From IMG/VR virus record IMGVR_UViG_3300010348_001053: 22,795 nucleotides of DNA; one strand, 5' to 3'. Below the pieces are notes generated by a model. It did no database searches. It was not told where the DNA came from and worked only from the letters and a program-made list of their open reading frames with translations. Of this stretch, positions 13,791 through 20,070 are shown in pieces (within the stretch, counting starts at the first letter, position 1; every line of letters starts with the position of its first letter). The DNA comes from a virus. Position numbers and translations under genes: made by a program.

Positions 13791-16331
13791 CTAGTTTAAC
13801 TTATCCAGAACCTGTTTGATGATCTGGTCTGCCCGGTGCCACCGGTCATGCAGATACGGGTTCTGAACAAAGGCTTTAGCGCCTTTCTGACCTGCCCGCC
13901 GGATATTCTCTTCTGCGTCGTTGAACATCCGCTTCCCGTCATCAATCGCCCGGTCAGCTTCCAAGGGTCTTCCTGCCTTCTTGTATGCCTCCCGGATGGA
14001 ATTCGATATCCGGCCAAGAGACTCGCGGATCTGTTGCGGATGACCAAGACGGTTAAACCATTCCCGCTCATCCCTGGTGGCAACCTTCCCGCCGAAATCC
14101 TCGTTTAGTGAATCCTCTAACTCCTTATGGCTCATCTGGGTATCTATCCACCAATGTTTGCTCTCCGGGTTCCATCGTCCCTTATACTTCTGTTTGAGAA
14201 CGTCTGCCATCTGCGGAGAAGTGTTCCCGACATAGAACCGGTTGATGGGAGCACTTTTTATCTTCTGTGCTTCTCCTGCATCGGTGACGGTCTGGATCTT
14301 CTCGTCCTGTTTCTTCTTGCTCTCTTCCAGATGCTTCTCAAATTTTTCCCGCGGTATCTCCGGGGTGTATCGTTTGATAAACATCGCGTGCTCTCCTTCC
14401 GGTATGGTCGTGACCTTCCCATCCTTGACGTGAAACATCTTATGGGTATCTGAATTCTTTGAACCGGTTGCACCATGATATAACCCGTCTGGTAAGTCGA
14501 AATGCCGTTGCCCGTCTGATGATTCGGTTGGTTGCAACAACTCACCAATATTCTCATGAGTCGCTCCAGGAACATGACCGTCGATGCGTCGTACCCATGT
14601 CCGCCAAGTGTTGTGAGCCGGGAGAGAAACCCGTGCAGTTTTTGGTGTGTCTACCGGTGTATTCTTTGACCGATGCTGAACATCATAAACGGTATGTTTA
14701 CCGTGCTTCTTCTCAACAATTCTTACTTCCCGCCCCTTTGCCTCTAACTCTTCCTTTCTCTTCTGTGCGGCTTCCGGAGTGGTTGTCTGGTATTTTGTAA
14801 CAAACGGTTTTTCTTTCTTCTGGACCGGTTCTTTCTCAACAGGTGCTTTTTCAGGTTGTGGTGCCTGTTGTTCAACTGGTTTCTTCTCAACCGGTCCCTG
14901 GGGTTTCTTCCGGTATCTCACCCGGATGATATGACCCTTATCTGCCTGCCATTCGTTTTGTAAAACTTCTGCTTCATGCCCGGCCGACTGCATCGCTGCC
15001 ATTGCCGCACCGGCAACCCTGGGATCCTTGTAGGTTGTTTCAGTCCATTCGCCTGCATTCTGTTCAGGTTCTTTCACCGGTTCTTTCTCAACCTTCTTCG
15101 CCTGCACCGGGGGGAGTTTCGGACCTTCAAGCTTTACCGGTTGTTTCATCAGCCGGGTTAATTTGTGCATGGCGTAGCGGTACGAATCGGATAACCGCTG
15201 CCTGCCGTTCCCGTGAAAACTGGTCCCTGACCGGGCTGCATCCTGAATCATCTCATCCGGAGCGTCCGGGAAATGTTTCTTCAGATGACCAGATAAGAAA
15301 TCTTTCACCGGAGTGTCACCGCGTTTGTGTTGCATCGCGGTTTCTTCGTTCTCTATCTCTTCCACCTTTCCCGGCTGGTTCATCCGGGCATCAAGCATAC
15401 TCCGAAGAAACACGTTCGGATCCGGTTTGAACTCCGGTATGTCCAGGGTCTTCTTCTGACTCTTCCCCGCGTCGATAAGTTCCCGGAGAGTAGTATGGAT
15501 ATCCCAGAGCGGATTCTTTGCCAGAGGTTTTGGTTTCTTACCGGCTGCAACCTCTTCAGCCTTCTTCTGATCCCGGTCTTGCATCTGCTGAATGAGAAAG
15601 TTCCTGCGCCGGGGACCGGATGATCGGTATAAATCACCGACCAGATCCTTCAGGTTTCCAATGTTCTTTACCCGGCTCTTCTCATGGTCTATATCCTCCG
15701 CTGACTGGTCCCCCCACACTTTGTCATAGGAGTACGTGACCTTGTTTCTTGCGCCGTTCTTGTCAATGTGGTAAAGTTTCGCCCCGTGGGATCCGGACGG
15801 ATGGATCTCATACCGTCCATTCTCTACATATTTCCCTTTGACGTAATCATACGCCGGAGCGGAGTGGATACCGTCTTTCTCAGTAAACTCTGGTTTCTCT
15901 ATGTCGGTTGTTGGTATCCATTTGTTCCGGGCCGCGTATTTTGCCTTGTCCGCCGCCTGCTTGTCGGTTATCTTCTTCTGGGTCTTATCGCCGTAATTGA
16001 CGTAAATATTGTAGAGGTTCTTTCCAGCCTCGTTCTTCTCCAGGTTCGGTTTATGGACGAAATGAACCGATGCAGCGCCCTGGGCTTTGAACTTCTCTTC
16101 TATCTCTTTGAACTGGTCCTGTGTTACTCCACGCGACCTGACAAGTTCGTGGTGCTGACCGTTCTGTTTGACATGCTTATCCTCGACAAAATAGTATATT
16201 CCGCCGTTCGGTCCTTTATGGAGCTGAACACCTTTCGGTGGTGTCTGACCTCGTTTGACGTATTTCTTGCCCTTTTGGATGATGCTGAATCGAGCGTTGA
16301 TGATTGACCGGAGGGTATCCCAGATACTCAT
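13791..16331 (-). CDS. Large K/E/P-rich multidomain protein (846 aa), putative virion-internal/polyvalent protein
   Basis: Long ORF with promoter motif 31 nt upstream; shares its N-terminal motif with 20061-21695 and 21739-22473; late segment KQKYKGRWNPESKHWW resembles the DUF5710/HARP-like pattern. Confidence 0.75.
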   Translation of the reverse strand: MSIWDTLRSIINARFSIIQKGKKYVKRGQTPPKGVQLHKGPNGGIYYFVEDKHVKQNGQHHELVRSRGVTQDQFKEIEEKFKAQGAASVHFVHKPNLEKNEAGKNLYNIYVNYGDKTQKKITDKQAADKAKYAARNKWIPTTDIEKPEFTEKDGIHSAPAYDYVKGKYVENGRYEIHPSGSHGAKLYHIDKNGARNKVTYSYDKVWGDQSAEDIDHEKSRVKNIGNLKDLVGDLYRSSGPRRRNFLIQQMQDRDQKKAEEVAAGKKPKPLAKNPLWDIHTTLRELIDAGKSQKKTLDIPEFKPDPNVFLRSMLDARMNQPGKVEEIENEETAMQHKRGDTPVKDFLSGHLKKHFPDAPDEMIQDAARSGTSFHGNGRQRLSDSYRYAMHKLTRLMKQPVKLEGPKLPPVQAKKVEKEPVKEPEQNAGEWTETTYKDPRVAGAAMAAMQSAGHEAEVLQNEWQADKGHIIRVRYRKKPQGPVEKKPVEQQAPQPEKAPVEKEPVQKKEKPFVTKYQTTTPEAAQKRKEELEAKGREVRIVEKKHGKHTVYDVQHRSKNTPVDTPKTARVSLPAHNTWRTWVRRIDGHVPGATHENIGELLQPTESSDGQRHFDLPDGLYHGATGSKNSDTHKMFHVKDGKVTTIPEGEHAMFIKRYTPEIPREKFEKHLEESKKKQDEKIQTVTDAGEAQKIKSAPINRFYVGNTSPQMADVLKQKYKGRWNPESKHWWIDTQMSHKELEDSLNEDFGGKVATRDEREWFNRLGHPQQIRESLGRISNSIREAYKKAGRPLEADRAIDDGKRMFNDAEENIRRAGQKGAKAFVQNPYLHDRWHRADQIIKQVLDKLN

Positions 16332-16356
16332 ACCGGTGAAAGAGTGATGAAGTGAG

Positions 16357-16373
16357 ATAAACGGGAAATAAAA
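16357..16373 (-). promoter_or_regulatory. Viral promoter motif upstream of the 846-aa gene
   Basis: TTTTATTTCCCGTTTAT; 31 nt to ATG 16331. Confidence 0.75.
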
Positions 16374-16379
16374 GGAGGG

Positions 16380-16643
16380 TTACTGACGATTCTCACACGG
16401 GTTCGGCCATCCGTCCACAAAGACCGGCCAGGTCTGACAGACAACCGGTTTTATCTCGTGGATATCGCATTTCATCTCATCGGTCAGATGCGGGCACCGA
16501 TGCGGGATCCTGATGACCAGCTGACCTGGGATCTCAATGATCTCAACCTGCCGGGCCTCATAGAACTCTTTGATGAGCGGAAAGTTTGGGGCAGCGAATT
16601 CCAGGTATGTGCAGCAATTCCCACACTGTTTACATTCGGTCAT
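16380..16643 (-). CDS. YkgJ / CxxCxxCC family Zn- or Fe-S-binding protein (87 aa from MTECKQCGNCC)
   Basis: CKQCGNCC...CPHL...CDIHEIKPVVCQTWP; the ORF-track start at 16718 overlaps the upstream gene, and ATG at 16643 follows its stop by 5 nt. Confidence 0.85.
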   Translation of the reverse strand: MTECKQCGNCCTYLEFAAPNFPLIKEFYEARQVEIIEIPGQLVIRIPHRCPHLTDEMKCDIHEIKPVVCQTWPVFVDGWPNPCENRQ

Positions 16644-16648
16644 GAAAA

Positions 16649-17557
16649 TTAGTTTAAGGTCTTCTGACCTTTCACCGGGTTCTTCTTCTTGAGATATTCG
16701 ATAACGTCGGGTTTCCACCGGGGAGCATAATTTGTCCGTGAACCTTTGCCGGATGTGATAGTGATCGCTTCCATCTCACCATATTTCTCGCCAAGGACCG
16801 TGAGACCCCATTCCCTTCCTATCTTGATGAGTAATCCGTTTTCTGCCATGAACTGATTTGATACTTTGGAGTGCTTGCCAAACTTTTCAGCAATTGCAGT
16901 CGATGAGTAGAGGACACCTCTGGTCTTTGCTGGAAGTGCCGGGACACATTCCTTGTATGTTGACAGATCCTCTCCGGTCTTCTTCTCAGTCATCTCAATG
17001 GCTTTGAGTGTCGCGGTCCGCTTGTCAAGTCCGATACTCCTGCCTGCTGATAGGTAATCTTTCAGGACCGGTGATATCGGAGTGAATGATTTTACATCCA
17101 TGCTCTTCCGGGACCGTGGCTTCTTCCCTGCCGGAAGTGCCAGGGTGCCGTTCTTGTATTCGGTGAAGATATGGGCCATCTCATCTTTCCGCTTCTCAAT
17201 GGCTGCAGCGATCTTCCGGTCTTTCATTCCGGATGTATCAACCTCCATGATTGCACGGTTGAATCCTTTTTCAGAGAGTAAATAATACCCAGGTGCATTG
17301 TGCAATACCGGCATTGACAGACTGTCAAACCCAGAGAAAATCGAAGCGATCTCGCCACGAGTTACATAAAAATAATCCGATGCATTCAAGCGTTTTATCA
17401 CTCTGCTTGCGTGATCAGCTACCATCTCAAGATTCTGATATACATGGGTCCAGAGCATGTACGGTTTCCCATTAATCACGAAACCGAGACCCTTCGGTTC
17501 TCCTTTCACATCGAAAGAGAACACATCCAATGTTTTAATACGGGTTGTGTCAAACAT
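16649..17557 (-). CDS. Antirepressor-like DNA-binding protein (Bro-N-like N-terminus, KilA-C/ANT-like C-terminus, 302 aa)
   Basis: N-terminal FVINGKPY...YYLLSEKGFNRAI; C-terminal YSSTAIAEKFG...NQFMAENGLL...WGLTVLGEKYG...RW. Confidence 0.65.
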   Translation of the reverse strand: MFDTTRIKTLDVFSFDVKGEPKGLGFVINGKPYMLWTHVYQNLEMVADHASRVIKRLNASDYFYVTRGEIASIFSGFDSLSMPVLHNAPGYYLLSEKGFNRAIMEVDTSGMKDRKIAAAIEKRKDEMAHIFTEYKNGTLALPAGKKPRSRKSMDVKSFTPISPVLKDYLSAGRSIGLDKRTATLKAIEMTEKKTGEDLSTYKECVPALPAKTRGVLYSSTAIAEKFGKHSKVSNQFMAENGLLIKIGREWGLTVLGEKYGEMEAITITSGKGSRTNYAPRWKPDVIEYLKKKNPVKGQKTLN

Positions 17558-17564
17558 AGTATTG

Positions 17565-17735
17565 TTACTCCACTTGGGGAAGACTCTTCCCTGATTTTTT
17601 TACATCTTCAATCAGGTAATGCTCCAGCATCTCTGAAAGATTGATACTTTCATCCAATGCATATTGCCGGAGGTCACACCGGAGAAAAAGCGTAACTTTT
17701 TTTCGTGGACCTCCTCCTTTTACTGGTCTTCCCAC
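17565..17735 (-). CDS. Ribbon-helix-helix / CcdA-like small DNA-binding protein (56 aa, GTG start; below ORF-track cut-off)
   Basis: MGRPVKGGGPRKKVTLFLRCDLRQYALDESINLSEMLEHYLIEDVKKSGKSLPQVE; alternating strand KVTLFL then two helices with INLS; promoter motif 30 nt upstream; stop 7 nt before the antirepressor start. Confidence 0.75.
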   Translation of the reverse strand: MGRPVKGGGPRKKVTLFLRCDLRQYALDESINLSEMLEHYLIEDVKKSGKSLPQVE

Positions 17736-17753
17736 AATATTCAATTCGCGTGG

Positions 17754-17773
17754 GAGATATTATACAGGAATTA
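17754..17773 (-). promoter_or_regulatory. Viral promoter motif upstream of the RHH gene
   Basis: TAATTCCTGTATAATATCTC; 30 nt to GTG 17735. Confidence 0.7.
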
Positions 17774-18007
17774 CAACCGTACAAAATACGGTCTAAATTT
17801 TCCCTATGTGAAAACAATAGTTGGGTAAATCAGATCTCACATCAACTCCGGAACGAACCGGCCACCGGAGATCCTAGTCAGATAGCTAATGAGAAAACTA
17901 CTCTGAAAAGCCGGGTGGTGGAGCATAGGAGAAGAAGAGAGAATAGTTAACAACAATGCCTGAAAGAGAGGTCTCTGCTGGCATACAGGATGATGATTGT
18001 AATAGGT

Positions 18008-18020
18008 ATTAAACGGGAAT
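18008..18020 (-). promoter_or_regulatory. Viral promoter-like motif upstream of an apparently non-coding or micro-ORF segment
   Basis: ATTCCCGTTTAAT; 30 nt to an ATG at 17984 (28-aa ORF). Confidence 0.5.
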
Positions 18021-18043
18021 CCGGTCCCCGTCTCACGAAGAGA

Positions 18044-19247
18044 ATCAATAACCAACAACTAAACCGTTGGCTTGCACTTCAAATTCTCTTTCGAGCAGAG
18101 TGCTATAGGCTGATTGACAACAGCCCTTTGAGCAATGTTTTTAGCAGCATTAATGTCAGCATTTTCAGTATGTCCACATTCCAAACATACAAATTCAGAT
18201 TGGGATTTGCGGTTATTCTTATCGATATATCCACAAACGGAACACTGCCTAGACGTGTTTTGTGGATCAACCAGATGAACAAGAACTCCTGCTAATTTAG
18301 ACTTATACTGGATGAACTGACTTAACTCTCCAAATGCCCATTTTGAATGTTCTTCACGCTGCTCCTTTCTAACAGTTACTTTGTCCCTGATCCCTGAAAG
18401 GTCTTCTATAGCAATAGATGACAAAGTGCCTTTCGCAAGTTGAACAACATTCTTTGAGACACAATGATTCTGGTCTTTTTTGAATCTCCGTTCTCTTTTG
18501 GATAGTTTCTTGAGATGTTTCTTAGCATCCCAAGTTCCTACTGATTGAAGTTTCCCTTTGATCTTCTGATACTTTCTGCGAACCTTTTTACACAGATCTC
18601 CTGAAAATACCTGACCTTCAGAAGTTGTTGCAAGGTTCACAATTCCCAGATCAATTCCAATTACCTTGTCTGAATTAATTGGTTCATCTTCTGGAACATC
18701 GCAGACGATCAGAAGATAAAACTGTTTGTCACGATAAACTAAATCTACCTGACCTTTTACACGTTCAAGATCTAATTCTCTGTAATTACCACAGACGAAG
18801 TTAATCTTCTCCCGTTTCTCAAGAGTCAGGATAGATACGATATCCATTGATTTGAAGGTTAGGTTCCTCTGATCGTATTGAATTGCTCCATGAGGGTTGA
18901 ACTCATGTTGAACCTTTTTATCAACCTTATACGATTCAGAAACCTTCCCTATGGCTCTGACAACCATCTGGGCAGATAACCCAAACTTTTCCTTCACATC
19001 GTAATAAACAAGTTTATGTAATCCTATCTTACCAAATGTTCTGAACTCAAAAGCAACTTCTGAAATATAATTGCAAGATGCGTTGTATTGTTCCATCGTT
19101 TTAAGCAAAATCGCCCTTTGCTCATCATTAGGAACTAACTTCAACTGCAATGTCAGAAGCATATATTGATCTATGTATTCAATACAGATAATACTTATGC
19201 AGCATTCCTCCTACCCCTAAAAGAGTGGGCCTCCTGCTGCAATTATC
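18044..19247 (-). mobile_element. IS200/IS605-family element, tnpB-only (IS1341-like), non-autonomous
   Basis: Left end GCAGCAG-GAGG-CCCACTC-TTTTAG-GGGTAGG...TGCTGC; guide GAGG predicts target TCxC, matched by TCAC at 19251-19248. Right end CAAG-CCAACGGTTTAGTTGTTGG-TTA-TTGAT. Confidence 0.88.
18059..19162 (-). CDS. tnpB: RNA-guided endonuclease TnpB (367 aa)
   Basis: N-terminal HTH (LKLVPNDEQ...L), RuvC GIDLG / IAIEDL / NADINAAKNI, zinc finger CSVC...CLEC. Confidence 0.95.
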   Translation of the reverse strand: MLLTLQLKLVPNDEQRAILLKTMEQYNASCNYISEVAFEFRTFGKIGLHKLVYYDVKEKFGLSAQMVVRAIGKVSESYKVDKKVQHEFNPHGAIQYDQRNLTFKSMDIVSILTLEKREKINFVCGNYRELDLERVKGQVDLVYRDKQFYLLIVCDVPEDEPINSDKVIGIDLGIVNLATTSEGQVFSGDLCKKVRRKYQKIKGKLQSVGTWDAKKHLKKLSKRERRFKKDQNHCVSKNVVQLAKGTLSSIAIEDLSGIRDKVTVRKEQREEHSKWAFGELSQFIQYKSKLAGVLVHLVDPQNTSRQCSVCGYIDKNNRKSQSEFVCLECGHTENADINAAKNIAQRAVVNQPIALCSKENLKCKPTV

Positions 19248-19402
19248 GTGAACAAACCATAGGTCAAGGCTAAAGGAACAGATTGTGAGTCAGGGTGAAC
19301 AACTCCCTGACCCGGTGAACACATGAGCAATGAAATTTCCAGATGGGAGATAGGTAGGATCATCGTCTTACGACTCCCCTACCATCCTATAGGTTGACGT
19401 GT

Positions 19403-19422
19403 GAGATAATATACAGGAATTA
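19403..19422 (-). promoter_or_regulatory. Viral promoter motif upstream of a structured non-coding segment
   Basis: TAATTCCTGTATATTATCTC; nearest ATG (19385) gives only a 5-aa ORF. Confidence 0.6.
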
Positions 19423-20064
19423 CGTGTCGAGTTTTCCATAGATTTTGTGACATCCCATTGCCATGTATTCAAGGCATGCTTCATCATCTCCGCGGACTTC
19501 GCACCGTTCCTGCGCCTGGATACACTGATAATGATCGGCTCGTTGTTTTACTTCTTTCTTGTCCTTCTGCCGGTATGAATATCCTAACTGCTGTGCAACA
19601 TTCGCCCTATTCTCCCGGTAGTTCAGGGTCTTGTCTATCAGGGATGATACATCGTATGATTCCGGGTCAAGTCCGGCATTGACCATATCCTGTTTAATGC
19701 GTAACTCAGTGAGTGAATGGGCGGAAGTTTTGGTCTTTGCCCGCTGTTTCTTCACCGATGCTTCTTTCTTCTCCGGATAATACCACTCGTCACCGGCCTG
19801 GAGAATTGTATTCAGTGTCGATTCATACATCCCCTGGTTCTCCATGTCATATCCCGGTTGTTTCTGGATCTGGTTTCGTCTCCGGGTGATAGCACGTTTG
19901 AACGAATCGATTGATTTAGACCGGTTGAGCGTGCTTTCCATGTCATCAAGAGCTCTGGTAACGTCTGCTTTTTGTTCATCAGATAGTTTGCTGACGTTCG
20001 GATGGTTGATCGTGAAATCCCGGAGCCTGGATAAAGAGGGTTTATCCTGGTCCGGGGACTTCAG
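19420..20064 (-). CDS. 214-aa -1 frameshift extension of 20061-21695 (ORF track shows only 173 aa from an internal Met)
   Basis: The frame of 19420-19941 is open upstream through the slippery site: LKSPDQDKPSLSRLRDFTINHPNVSKLSDEQKADVTRALDDMESTL...; no SD or promoter motif before 19941. Confidence 0.75.
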   Translation of the reverse strand: MKSPDQDKPSLSRLRDFTINHPNVSKLSDEQKADVTRALDDMESTLNRSKSIDSFKRAITRRRNQIQKQPGYDMENQGMYESTLNTILQAGDEWYYPEKKEASVKKQRAKTKTSAHSLTELRIKQDMVNAGLDPESYDVSSLIDKTLNYRENRANVAQQLGYSYRQKDKKEVKQRADHYQCIQAQERCEVRGDDEACLEYMAMGCHKIYGKLDT

Positions 20065-20070
20065 TTTTTT
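20013..20070 (-). promoter_or_regulatory. -1 ribosomal frameshift signal: A_AAA_AAC heptamer plus 51-nt stem-loop
   Basis: Heptamer at 20070-20064 in the correct phase immediately before TGA; hairpin TGAAGTCCCCGGA-CC-A-GGATAAA-CCCTC-TTTATCC-A-GG-C-TCCGGGATTTCA at 20063-20013. Confidence 0.75.

Noticed and set aside
13796-16307. Numerous plus-strand and alternate-frame ORFs within the 846-aa gene
   Set aside because: Antisense shadows of a long biased coding sequence; no SD, promoter or motifs.
16644-16718. 112-aa version of the YkgJ protein
   Set aside because: The extension overlaps the antirepressor C-terminus; the family motif begins at MTECKQC.
17775-19400. tRNA gene or attachment site in the non-coding stretches
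   Set aside because: No GGTTCGA-type T-loop or cloverleaf found by eye, and no integrase or direct repeat pair in the window.
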